A stretch of 64,000 nucleotides of DNA from Eukaryota sp. GEM-RC1 (GCA_040285855.1 JAUFOQ010000003.1:1488001-1552000), one strand, 5' to 3'. Shown: positions 1 to 11,912, numbered from the stretch's first letter. Numbers and translations: made by a program. The notes: generated by a model from the sequence alone, not told the origin.

Positions 1-1308
1 TTTACTGGCAAAGAAAGTGGCAGCTGGAATTAGCTATTTGCATTCACGAAATATAGCTCACCGAGATTTGAAGCCTGGAAATGTATTAATGTTCGCTAAT
101 AACGTCCCTAAAATTGGAGATTTTGGCACAAGTAAAGTCTTAGAAACTCTTCGAAATAGTACCAAACTTGCTTTTACAGTCAACTATGCTGCTCCAGAAC
201 TACTTGATCCTGAAAGAAAAACACCTGTCACTTTGAAAACTGACATTTACAGCTTTTGTATTATTCTGATTGAATTAATAAGCCAACAGAGGGTTTTTAA
301 TGGCCTTAACATGATGCAAGTAATGCTAGCGGTGTTCATGCAGAACACACGCCCTGATATCCCTGATAACGTGCCCTCGCTTCTACGTCCTTTTATCGAC
401 GCTGGTTTGTCAAGAAAACCTTCTGATAGACCATCTGCAGCTGACTTTATTACTGTAATTGATCAGATATTGGAAACACCCAATGCACCACATCGACGTG
501 TCATCAATAGATCAATTTTCTCCACTGTGGATGAAGCTATTGCGGTCAACCGTATTGAACCTACACTTCCCGTTGTTGGAACTTGCTGGGAATCAGACCT
601 AGAAGTGGGAACTTCTGTTGATCGTCGTATGGACATGGTTAATGCTATTAGAGAGAAGGTATCGTCTTCATTACTTTTGGATTCTGTTTTAAAGGCGATG
701 GAGACGGTTCCTCGGCACTTGTTCCTACACCAAATGGATAGTCTGTCAACCGACACTGTTCTGGACCAAAGTTATGCCATTTGTCCTATTCGGTCAACCC
801 CTTACAGTAACGAAAGTTCTCCTGAATTGATTGCTGTCATGCTGTCAATGATTGGTATTCGTCCTGGTCATTCAGTTGCTTTGATTGGGTTAAAAGGGGG
901 TTATATACAATCACTTGGAGCACAACTCGTTGGTGGCAATGGTAAAACTTGTATTTTTACTGGTAACAATTCTCTTTTAGATATTGTTAGAGATCGTACT
1001 AAGGATTATCCTTTCAACCGGGTAATTTCTTTTCACGAGGTGGAAGAAATGGCTAATCCTCAATCATTGCGTCGTGCAATCAAGGTCGCTGACAGGTTAT
1101 ACGATGGAATTCTTTTTTGTGGATCTGTAACTCACGATTACATTGACCCAGTTAAGACCCATTTACGTGATGGTGGGAAGATGTTGTGTATTGTTCAAGA
1201 AGATTATTGCCAGCGATTTGTCATTGTTCACAAAAGGATTATAATGTCTTTGAACAAAGTACTATTACAGACTATTCTGTCATCTTTCAAGGCTTGTCTG
1301 GTTTGTAA
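1..1308 (+). CDS. Protein kinase (TKL-like, 5' part outside the window) fused to a C-terminal protein-L-isoaspartate O-methyltransferase (PIMT/PCMT)-like domain
   Basis: Kinase motifs HRDLKPGN, DFG, YAAPE and DIYSF are followed by PCMT-like VLKAMETVPRHLF, SSPELIAVMLSMIGIRPGHSVALIGLKGGY and YDGILF. Adding 1 nt to the A-run at ~1232 gives the C-terminus KKDYNVFEQSTITDYSVIFQGLSGL* (stop 1306-1308); the raw ORF ends at 1372. Confidence 0.8.
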
Positions 1309-1774
1309 TTGGTGTTTATTTTTGATTTGTACATTGTATACAGAGGTTCCCTTATTTCTTTCAATTGGATAAACTAACTTACGTGGTTGTCTCAGTTCAT
1401 AAACTGATTGTTTTCCTACATCAACTCTGTAATTCCAAATCACGTGTCATACTATTTTGAGTTCAGTTCAAAACCTGACAAAAAATCAGGTTGAGGGCAG
1501 CCTGTATACCAGTATCAGGCAAGGTAGTCAACTGACCTTTGATTTGCGAGCCTTTTAGCAACCACAATTTTGATCTACTTTTGTACTTCAATATTTCCAA
1601 TGCAATCAAAAATTAATAAATGACATGGGAAAAATCTCATTTCAAAAAGAGACAGGATCATTAGCAGTTGAGCCTACTTTAAAAAAAATAAAATACATTT
1701 TAATACTGTGTTCAAATTACAATGGTTCTACATGTACTAATATAAGAAACTAAATATAGTAACTAAACAACACT

Positions 1775-2203
1775 CTAAGCATTCTCAAGCTTTCTGACAA
1801 ACTTTGTGTGCGATGCTAAAATTCCAGGGTTGCCGAACCCGATGGGTTGATGTTGGTGACTACATTCAACCTGTTTACTAGTACTCCAACGTTTTTTCTC
1901 ACTTGTACCATCAGAACATGGCGCACCACGTGGAAGATTGGTATCATGGCATGAACGGGGTTTAGGATTGTAGATCTTTGCAGAATTACGAAGAGCATTA
2001 GGCTTATAAGGAACCAGGGGTTTGCGGTTATCACCGGCAGAACATGCACTTGGTTTCATATAAACAGATTGAGTTTCAGATTTAGGTACAGGAGCAATTG
2101 AGCCAGTAACTGCCTTGCGAGGTTTCGTTACAACAAACACATCACCATTACAATTACGGATGACTTTTGAGTCAAGAAGAGAACTCTTCGATAAAGAAGA
2201 CAT
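1775..2203 (-). CDS. Hypothetical basic 142-aa protein
   Basis: Intact ATG-to-stop ORF with AT-rich 3' flank; no family recognised. Confidence 0.55.
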   Translation of the reverse strand: MSSLSKSSLLDSKVIRNCNGDVFVVTKPRKAVTGSIAPVPKSETQSVYMKPSACSAGDNRKPLVPYKPNALRNSAKIYNPKPRSCHDTNLPRGAPCSDGTSEKKRWSTSKQVECSHQHQPIGFGNPGILASHTKFVRKLENA

Positions 2204-2224
2204 CAGCTAATAGCTTATTAATGT

Positions 2225-2300
2225 CTAATAATAGTGACCCGGTTAGATCACTGGAGGGAGAGAAAATTATGTAGAAGTTCTTTTCAAAACTTCTGGTCTA
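2225..2300 (-). ncRNA. Candidate Fanzor omegaRNA scaffold
   Basis: Minus-strand hairpin AGAAGUUUU-GAAA-AGAACUUCU (2294-2273; 9 bp, GNRA loop) and a second stem AGUGAUC/GGUCACU (2252-2233) flank the Fanzor stop codon. Confidence 0.35.
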
Positions 2301-4351
2301 CCATTTCCTCTAACATGTTCATCTACAATATGAATCATGTTTAACACAGCTCTTCACGTTCCGGTTCCAAAGACATCCACACTTTTTGCAAGTGAGTAAT
2401 CCATGTCTTAAAACCGTTGGTGGTTTTGCTCTTTTGTAAGGTCTGGGATTTTGAACACGATGTTTCTTTTCATCGATTCCATGATCATTTTCCAGCACAC
2501 ATTTATGGCATCGAGCGCTTGTTCTATATTCATCGATCAACAGCACTCGATAGTGATGCTTTTGAACATTGCCCTGTGACCAACATTCTTTGTTGGTGCT
2601 TGATTCTTGAACAAAGTCTGCTTCCAATCTCCCATCACTATCACTGTATTTTCTGGACCTCCAAACTTCTCTTGAACTCATCAATCCATCTTGATTCAAA
2701 ACGTTCATTGGCCATATACCTCTTGAGCTTCATTATCCTTAGATCGTCTGATTGATAGTACGATCCCATGTTCAGAGAGAATTCATTCTTAGCTTTACAC
2801 TATACCAAGAAATCATCATGATCAAGGACTTTACTAGAGTGTTTACTTAGTTGTTTTTCCCACTCTTCATTGGTTTTTCTACCAATGGTCCATGACTTTT
2901 ACTCTCTCTGGTGAACTTCTGCTGATCTTTGCTGAGAGTCTCTCTTTTTTTGGCTGTCAATCTTTTAAAATGGAACTTCTTGAGCTCCTTCTTCATTCCT
3001 GGTTTCTCAGGTGGAGGAAGTTGGTGCGGTAACTTGCGGCTCTACCTTTGGCTTTGCGTCGTCTTTCATTGTTCAGACGTTTATGGTAGCCACTGTTACC
3101 ACTCTTTCCATTGTCATTTCGCCACTCCCCTCTCATTCTAGCTTAGTATAAGAAGGTTCTTTGGGTTTTGAATTTTGAATTTTTGGCGGACCATCTTGTT
3201 TTCTTGCTCCCATCATCAACTGATCTCTTACCCCGGGGTCACCACAGACGATAGAGGACCCTTTCAGTAATTCTACTGGTACATCTGTGATATACAGGTC
3301 GTTGTATCAGATTTCTACTGGGCAGACGATTTCTTCCAATTAAATCGTTTCTTATTAAACTTAGAGAAACGCTAATTCCATTGGTGCGAATGGAATGGTT
3401 AAAGGAATAGCCCTGTTGACGGAAAGCTTTTTTTGAGGTTCTAAAGATCCAACTCCAGTACTGATGTTGGTACTTTTCGAGATTTCCGTGTAGTCTTGCC
3501 TCACTATTCGAAGGAAACCTATCGTCATTGGGAATAAGAATCCGATAGAGAGCACCTGTGTCAATAAAGATATGACCAGGAGTTTCAGAAGTTTTCAGAG
3601 GAAAGACTTTGTAAATGGAAGGTTTAAAGCATTTCATATCTTCTGGTTTTCCTTCTACTACATCAAAGTCATGAGATGACATTTGAGTGACTTCTGACGT
3701 CAGCAATTCCACCCCGTGCATTAGGGACGTTGAATAAAATAGATAATTTTGAAGGTAATTCTTACATAGATATGATGCACTCTTTAGTCCGTGTGTTTCA
3801 GGAATAAATATCGATAGATGTATGTTTTCATAGAACATCAGCAATGTGGGGAATACTTCAAATTGCAATTCACGAATACTAGTAAGTACCGAATGCTCTT
3901 TGAATTTTTCAAATAGAAGATTAACTACATTTAAGAGGTCATATTTAGGGTACTTGCTGTGACACATTGAATTAGTCACCTCTTTGAGAAAACAATGAAA
4001 TATCTCAATTTTTTTTGTGTTTCTTAATTTTCCGATATTCTTTTTAATTTTGAGTTTGAGTATTCTAGTTACACTGTATCGGTGGAAGTAGCAATTAGTC
4101 AATTTGATCACGTACTTCACCCACTGTTCTTTAATATTGACTTCAAAATTACTAATGTACTCAACAACACTATACTTCGAAATTCTATTCATAGCTGGCA
4201 AGTAAGGATTTTCTGGAGTTCCAGAGTCATCAGTGGCTACCATTGTAGAACGATAGTATTCTTTAAAACATTCATTCACTTTTTCCTTCGAGTAAGAGGC
4301 ACTGTTCGTTCTTTCAAGTTTTTTTAGTTGGATTTCTTTGTTGAAGAGCAT
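2267..4351 (-). pseudogene. Fanzor1-like (TnpB-derived) RNA-guided nuclease gene, degraded
   Basis: Joined frames give FNHSIRTNGISVSL, RuvC-I IVCGDPG(K)RD (~3240), FGGPENTVIVMGDW, RuvC-II LIDEYRTS (~2535), zinc finger CHKC...HGLLTCKKC, RuvC-III region WNRNV, and the C-terminus GRPEVLKRTST* (stop 2269-2267). Contains frameshifts and in-frame stops. Confidence 0.85.
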
Positions 4352-4653
4352 GTATTCTGGCCAATCTTTTTACCGTTTCCCAACCCCACATATCATAACT
4401 GTGAAATCTAATTCTGTTCTTCAGCTATTGCTAATATTTTGAGTACTTCAAATGATCCACTGAAAAACGCTGAGAACGCTAAAGTGTCAAATACGGTAAT
4501 ATATTTTTATAATTGAAACTACAAAACTGACCACAAATAAAGATCAAAATCGTTATCCATAACTCATCAGAATCGGAGTGGGTACCCATTTGGAATGGGT
4601 AGAACAAAGATGACATGAAGGGGCAGTGTCTTCTAGTTTCAAATTCTGTTTTC

Positions 4654-7600
4654 ATGACGACCTCACAGGTTCTTTCTCTTAATGACTACCTTTCTTTGAG
4701 TTCTAAAGGGTTTTCTCCCTCCAGTATCAAGTTTTCAACCACTTCTCTCGATACTCCCAACTTTCTGACAGTACGAGAAGAAATTGAAGGAGTTAAAACC
4801 GTCTCTATTGTCAACCTTCAAAACATCAATGCTGACGTTGAACGTCACAAAATGGGAGCTGAACAAGTTCGCATGCATCCAACTGAGAATATCATTGCAC
4901 TAAAGGGTTTGCTTTGCTCCTTTTATTTACTCTAGCTGATTCTACCGTACAAGTCTATAATCTTGAGAAAGGACAACGTCTGGCTTCACACAAGCTATCA
5001 ACCCCAATCTCTTTCATCAAATGGGTATCTGACGATATCCTTGTCGTTGTTACTACATCCACCGTCTTCCACCTGGCTCTATCTTCTCCTACTGACCTTC
5101 CCCGAGTGTTTGACCTGTCAGAACCTATGAAAAACGTCACCCTGTTGAACTACTCTGTTTCCGTTGACCATCAATGGTGTTGTCTTACGGGAATGGACCA
5201 AGACCCATCTACTCGTAAAATGATTGGTAGACTCCAGCTGTACTCTATCCAAAAGGGAGCCACTCAGAACATTGAGGGTAATGCCTGTGGGTTTACCTCC
5301 TTCAATGGTGTCAATGTCTTTTGCTTTCTGGTTAACGGGGAAGGTTCCTTTAAGTTCCAGTCAATTCCTCTTGGATCTGCTGAAGGTCTGGCCAAGATTT
5401 CTCGAGAAGTCTCTCTTGAGTCTGCTTCCGACTTCCCTCTCTCTGTACATCTATGTCCATCAATGCTGGCTCTTGTAGTAACCAAGACTTCTGTCTTCCT
5501 TATTGATGTAACTACTGGTAATACAATTGACTCTATCTCAACTGGATGTACTATATTTAGTTCAGTTTGGAGTGAAGACTTGATTTTGACTGGAGTTTCC
5601 AGTGTTGGATCAGTAGTTAAGCTCAATACTGACACGTTATCAATCATTTCTTCGTGTTTATCACGAGGACTGATCACGTCAGCATTAGGTCTAATTAGAA
5701 GAAGTTGTAGGACATCAGAGGCCCTTGAGCTGTTAAAACAAGCACCTTCATCCCCCGGTAAACCCCCCCTGCTTTTGCTTCACTTTCACCAGTTAATGGA
5801 ACAAAAGATGGTTCTAAATGAGGTTGAATCTCTTGAGTTAGTTCGTATCTTGTTGAACAAAAACCAGACCCAATTATTAGAAAAGTACCTACGAGAAGAC
5901 AAGTTTACTCCAACTAGTGACATTGGAGATTTGGTATCTGGACATGATCGAAAGCTAGGCCTAGCTGTCTATTTAAAGGGCCAAGTTCATGAGAAAGTTG
6001 TCTCGGCTTTCATTTCGATGGAGTTGTATGACAAAGTTTTACAGTACAGTGCTAGAACCGGTTATTTACCCAATTATTCATCAATTATTGAAAATTTGGT
6101 TGATTCAGATGCTGATCGTGCCTTAAAGTTTGCCAAGACTTGCTCCTCCTCTGAACCCAAACCAAGTTATGAAGATCTTTTATCAATTTCTAATATCTTT
6201 TTCTCGAGAAGTCTCTGCCGACACGCGACCGACTTTGTTTTGGATATTTTAACGAATGTTCCTGAAGAACATGACATCCAAACCAGACTTTTAGAAGCTA
6301 ACTTTGATGGACAAAACCTTACAGTTGTTGATAAACTTCTTGCTCAGGGAATTCTCTCTCATTACGATCGAGTTAAGGTTGCTAAACTTTCAGAAACTCA
6401 TGGACTCTATCATCGAGCTCTTCAGCACTTGGATGACGTGGACGCTCAAAAAGAGTGTTGGACAGGGCTGTTTTAAACTCAAAAATAGAGATGTTGAAAA
6501 CTTATTGTTTTGATATTAACCCCGCACATACCCCGTTTGTTGTTTCCACCTTACTTTCATCAGGAGGCAATAACGATTCTGTGATTGTTGAGTTGATTGA
6601 TGCAATCAATAATGATGAACAAGTGATTGAACTGATCCAAGTTGCTGAAGAAAACGGCAGACTTAAGATCTTACAAGATTTTCTTGAGAGTAAAGCTAAG
6701 AATGGGTGTACACTACCTGAAATCCATACTGCATTAGCTAAGATCTACATTTTGACCAACAACGATGCAATGCAGTTCCTAAAATCAAACAAATACTATG
6801 ACGCAATTCAGATTGGTTTGTTTGCTGAGTCACGAGATCCAAGACTTGCCTTTGAAGCTTTCAAAAAGGTAAGTGTGACTCCCATTTGATTACTCTTGCT
6901 AATAAGCATGATTTAATGAAGCAATTGGGTAAATATGTCGTTTTGCGCCAAGACGAAGACCTTTGGGCTCAGGTTTTGCACAGTGAAAACTCTTGCAGAG
7001 AGAAACTTGTTGATACCATTGTGGGAACTGTAATCCCTGCGTGTCAATCACAAGACGAAGTTTCCGTGACTGTCAGATCTTTTATGACAGCTGGACTTCA
7101 AATTGAGTTGATTCAATTATTAGAAAAGATTGTATTACAACCTTCCCCTTTTAGTAACATTTCAAGCCTACAAAACCTAATGATCCTTACTGCAATCAAA
7201 GTTGATCACTCACGAGTTTTAGATTACGTGACTCGCTTAAACAACTATGATCACAATGAAATCGCTGGTATTGCTATTAAGATGGGTATGAACGACGAAG
7301 CTTTTGTTATTTATCGTACTAATGATGAACCGGTGAAAGCAATCACTGTTTTGTTGGATTATGACAACTCGCTTGATAAGGCAGTTGAGTTTGCCAATAG
7401 AATTCAGGATCCCTTAGTTTACTCTAAATTAGGCATGTACCAGTTACAACAAGAAAACAATGTTGAAGATGCTATTAGCTCTTTAATCAAGGCTAGTGAC
7501 TATTCCTGTCATGAAGATGTCATTGAAGCATCAATGAAGCAACAATCATTCACCGCTCTAATTAGTTATCTGAAGATGTGTCGAAAACACACCAAGACTG

Positions 7601-9021
7601 TTTCCATTGATTCTTCATTGGCTATTTGTTACGCTCACACTGACGCTTTTGTTGAACTTGAAGATCTATTGAATAGTCAGTCGTGTGTTGCTAACTGGGT
7701 GGAAGTTGGTGATTCCCTTTTGAACGCTCAGTTGTTTGAATCAGCCAAGATTGTTTTTACAATGATTAGCCAGTATGGTAAACTTGCCTCTACTCTTCTT
7801 GCATTAGGCGAATACAAGGCTGCTGTCGATGCTGCAAGAAAAGCTAATTCTTACGCTACCTGGAAGGAGGTTTGTAAGCAATGTGTTGAGAACCAACAGT
7901 TTAAGTTGGCTCAAATCGCTGGTATCAATGTGGTCTCTCATCCAGAGGAGACCGATCCATTGGTTCAATTTTATGAAGAACAATCTGCTCATGACGAGAT
8001 CATTGCCCTTCTTGAAACGGCAAGTGGATTGGATAAGGCTCATGTTGGTTTGTTTACTGCTTTGGGAGAGCTGTATGCCAAACATCGACCTCAGAAGCTG
8101 ATGGAACATATCTCTTTGTACGCTTCGAGAGTCAACACTCTGAGATTGTTACATGCTTGCAAGAATGAAAATCTCTGGACGGAAGTAGTTGAACTTTACC
8201 AATATGACCAAGAGTACGAGCATGCTTGCGAGGTGATGATGAATCATGCATCGGCATTTGATCACTCTAAATTTAGAGATTTATTATCTAAATCAGCCAA
8301 TGTTGAGTTGTATTACAGATCTGTGGCTTTTTACCTTGCAAATAACATTGAACAGCTGTCAGATCTCCTCTGTGCTTTACCCAGAATCGACAAGGCACGC
8401 TTAGTAACCCAAGTTCAAGATGAAGAGTGCTTATCTTATATTAAAGACTGGTTGTTATACGTTCAAGATCAAGACGACCGGGCTGTGAATGATGCTCTCA
8501 ATGACATCTTTATTAAAGAGGAAGATTTTGAGTCCTTGAAAACTTCTATTGATAATTACCATAATATGGATTTAATTTCTTTGGCCGCAACTCTTGGCAA
8601 ATCTGAGGACAAGAATTTTAGACAAATTGCTGCCTATGTTCTTCGAAAACTTGGACGATTTGAAAAATCTATTGAATTGTACAAACAAGATGAGTTTTAC
8701 GATGAATGTGTGTCTACAGCCGCTGCTTCTGAAAACAAAAGCCTGTGCGAGTCAATGCTAAGCTATTTTGTAGAGGTAGATCAGGAGGAGTATTTGCAAG
8801 CCACTTTGAAGTCCTGTTTTGAGTTTATTAGTCCTGATGTTGTGTTGGAATTGGCTTGGAATCATGGCTTAAGTGACTGTTGTATGCCTTATTTTATTTT
8901 AGTTACCCGGTCAATGTCCAAGAAAATTGAAGAGTTGACACAATTCAAGAATGAAATGGAATCGAAAAATGAGCCCACGCCTACAGATTTTAACCCTCAA
9001 TTTGGATTCGGATTTGAATAG
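4654..9021 (+). CDS. CLTC: Clathrin heavy chain (divergent, ~1446 aa after removing one 29-nt intron and correcting two 1-nt homopolymer indels)
   Basis: MHPTENIIALKA, GRLQLYS, IEGNACGF, ESLELVR, LLEKYLREDK, IHTALAKIYI, ELIQLLEKIVL, LQNLMILTAIK, AARKANS and PDVVLELAW all match clathrin. Intron at 4907-4935; frame breaks at A5 runs 6448-6452 and 6863-6867. Confidence 0.95.
4907..4935 (+). other. 29-nt spliceosomal intron
   Basis: GTTTGCTTTGCTCCTTTTATTTACTCTAG; removal joins IIALK to ADSTVQVYNLEK, matching clathrin (VIALKA..LQIFNIE). Confidence 0.9.
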
Positions 9022-9234
9022 TAAGTCTTTTGTAAATTTAGAGTGAAACATAAATCTTGATTACTCAAAAGTGGATGTTTTTATCCACCTTGTTGCTAAA
9101 ACCATGTGTTTTAAAAATACAAAAATACACACATAATGACAAGTAATTAACAATCAATTACTTCAACACACTTTCAGTCTTTTTTCAATCAAAAATTTTG
9201 AGACACGTTTACTTTCAACTACATGTACTAATAT

Positions 9235-9420
9235 ATTCGGTACGTGAATTTGTAAAAGAACAGATAATATTACTAAGACTAAATCCAAACGACTTCATCC
9301 CTATCCGGTAAAAGATTACGTTTTCCAACCGTAACCTTCACACCAAACTTGTACAATTTCTCGACTAATCGAGAGAAATAGAAATGCATACTAGTATTTC
9401 GATGTATGGAAACAAAAATC
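9235..9420 (-). mobile_element. 3' fragment of a CRE-like non-LTR retrotransposon
   Basis: Encodes FYFSRLVEKLYKFGVKVTVGKRNLLPDRDEVVWI*, nearly the same as the C-termini at 37173 and 39056. Confidence 0.8.
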
Positions 9421-9726
9421 GGAAATACAGAATTACAGTCATTGGTGAACATACAGAAATTCAGTATCGTGTATTTTTCAGCTATGTACACATGATATTA
9501 AAGAAACTCAACAATGATGTGTTTTCAAAGAGCTATTAAACAGTATGTGTTTGTGACTACTTAAGCAGGCCATACAGGATTGGAGCATACCGAAGTGGAA
9601 AAGTTCTGATATGATGAAACACAAGCCATAATGAATGATTGTTCTTAAACGAATTAAAGTCATAAAGTTAGACTATTAAAAAAGATATACTGTATTTATG
9701 TTACAATTATTTGACATTGTTGGCGA

Positions 9727-10215
9727 TTAGATTATTCTACAATAGTCACTTACCTGCTGGCATACAGCACGGAACACAGGTAAACGTTTGATCTCATTCT
9801 TGGGAAACGTCAACATTTGAAAGTGGAAGTCTGTGCGAGGATCTGGTAATACGATTAAACTGGATCCATTTGACAAACACAATGAAGGGCACTTTGATGA
9901 AGTAGAATCTCGATGACCTGGAATGTGGTGAGAAAATCTGCACCTGGCTCCATAAGGGCAATATCCCTGCTCGTGGAAGGAACGACACTTCTCTGTTTTA
10001 AAACGTGGGTGACAAAGCTTTGAACGTAGTTCCTTTGGATCATGAGCGAAGTTGCAATTGTTACCAAAATGACAATGTCCATTTTCAAGAAGGAGTCGGC
10101 ACATTTCGGTCTTGTACAGAACTTGGTGGGAAATCTTCTTCTCAATTGGGTTATTCAGATTCTTGGATTTTGAAGGAGAATACACAGAGCAAGTGGGGAT
10201 CTTACGGTACGACAT
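9727..10215 (-). CDS. Tandem CCCH zinc-finger protein, tristetraprolin/ZFP36 family
   Basis: YKTEMC-x8-C-x5-C-x3-H and FKTEKC-x8-C-x5-C-x3-H, plus C-terminal KRLPVF (NOT1-binding-like motif). First in-frame ATG is at 10215. Confidence 0.9.
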   Translation of the reverse strand: MSYRKIPTCSVYSPSKSKNLNNPIEKKISHQVLYKTEMCRLLLENGHCHFGNNCNFAHDPKELRSKLCHPRFKTEKCRSFHEQGYCPYGARCRFSHHIPGHRDSTSSKCPSLCLSNGSSLIVLPDPRTDFHFQMLTFPKNEIKRLPVFRAVCQQVSDYCRII

Positions 10216-10653
10216 GGCCAATAATAGCAGAAGTTCTAGTGTTACTGTTGATATAGTGCGATTGACATGATCAACAAGACATGGACATCACAACTATTGA
10301 TTACATGAAAACACGAAGTCAGAGACCTCATTTCTAAATGGTAGTTCAGGGAACTTGAAGAGCATCAGTTCCAGCGCTGGTTCTGTTCACCTATATTTCT
10401 TGGAAGAGAAATTCGATTTTGTCTCAAAAACTCATTCAAAATCGTGTGAAATCCATTGATGATGATGACGTCATCATGATCATGCTGGGGATGATATTGG
10501 ACGTATGTGATCATAGATCACCCAGTTGAGAAGCTTTAGAGAAACGTATCCACCGTTCCATTAAGACTAAGGTTGAACGACCAAGATGGCGATACAGAAT
10601 CCCTAAAAACTAATGTCATTAACAGTTTTGAACTCAAAAATGAGATTGGTATA

Positions 10654-11536
10654 CTACACCGCTGACCTTAATTAATGTCACTGATATTAATTCCGAACGA
10701 ACTTTTTTGGAAGATCAAACCCAAATTAATGTCACTGACATTAATTAGGAAGTGACATTAATTATGGTGTGTCCAAATTAATGTCACTGACATTAATTCA
10801 GAAAGTTCCAAAATAATGTCACTAGATTTTGTTGAATCAAATCTGTTTTAGACGAGCAACTCACAAAGAGAACATCAGTCATCAAAGTACTCTTTGTAGT
10901 TTCCAATCTCATGGCACAATTGAATGTACTTTCTGTTGACTGTAGTTCAATTGTCGAACCTGGACTTACATCGTAAGGAGATACGATTCATTCGAATTGA
11001 TAAAATCAAAACTGCATATCAACCAGGCGAAAACCGTGTTATTGGTGTATTAGTAGAATTATCGTTGTTATAAATCTTCTCTTCTTGAGTTTCAGTGCCT
11101 AACAGCATCAGCTGACAGGAATCTTGACCACCAGACTCCACCCAACAATTATATTATTACTCTTAGCTGAAATTCTACACTGTACAGTGTATCCAATATG
11201 CTCATTGACTTAGTCATTATTCCGAACAACTCATAAGAAACGGTAAAAACGATTCGAAGTTGAAGTTAAGAGTAACTATGCACTGATCTGAACTTCAGTG
11301 CAACCAATTTCAAATGTCTTTCTTATTCCGAATAATAGTTACACGTAGTTGTACTGTCTTCTAGCTTTAGTATTAAGAAAAAAGGAGACTTAGCGTTGAA
11401 GAAATCATATATCGATGATGTTCCAAATTAATGTCACTTAATTTCCAGAATTGCTCAAACCTAAATTAATGTCACTGACATTAATTGCGAAGTGACATTA
11501 ATTTGGAAGTGACATTAATTAAGGTCAGCGGTGTAG
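10654..11536. mobile_element. Non-autonomous DNA transposon/MITE (Tc1/mariner-like, TA-flanked)
   Basis: Perfect ~27-bp terminal inverted repeat CTACACCGCTGACCTTAATTAATGTCACT, TA on both sides, and many subterminal AATTAATGTCACT copies; no intact ORF. Confidence 0.85.
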
Positions 11537-11912
11537 TATTTTAAATATATTCTTTATTTATAAACTAACAGACCAAATACAACAACACATCTGCTACATC
11601 CTCAACAAACTGTCACGATTGACATCAATAGACTCATCTGATTTATGAGAATCACGTGCAGTCTATGAATGAATTTCAGTTGCCACGTGGCAACCGCTTT
11701 TAACCGTTGGTCCTACAATGTCTTTGATAAATTGTAGAAAGTCATTTAGATTGTCAACAGGTATGGCTTTATAAACAGAACAAAATCCAAGTATTAAAAA
11801 CTAAATATGATACTATAAGTTCTTTAAACTGTCTGGGAGAGTTAATAATCAAACTGGATAGTAACAAAACCTAAAAAAAGAAGAATATAAGGAAAATCAA
11901 GATAATTATATT

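Noticed and set aside
6869..6906. GTAAGT...CTAATAAG looks like an intron at the clathrin frame break
   Set aside because: The shifted frame encodes KGKCDSHLITLANK, matching clathrin RGQCD.ELI..CN, so the segment is coding and a 1-nt indel explains the break.
10668..10822. Spaced AATTAATGTCACT repeats resembling a CRISPR array
   Set aside because: Mixed orientation, irregular spacing and position inside TIRs mark them as transposon subterminal repeats.
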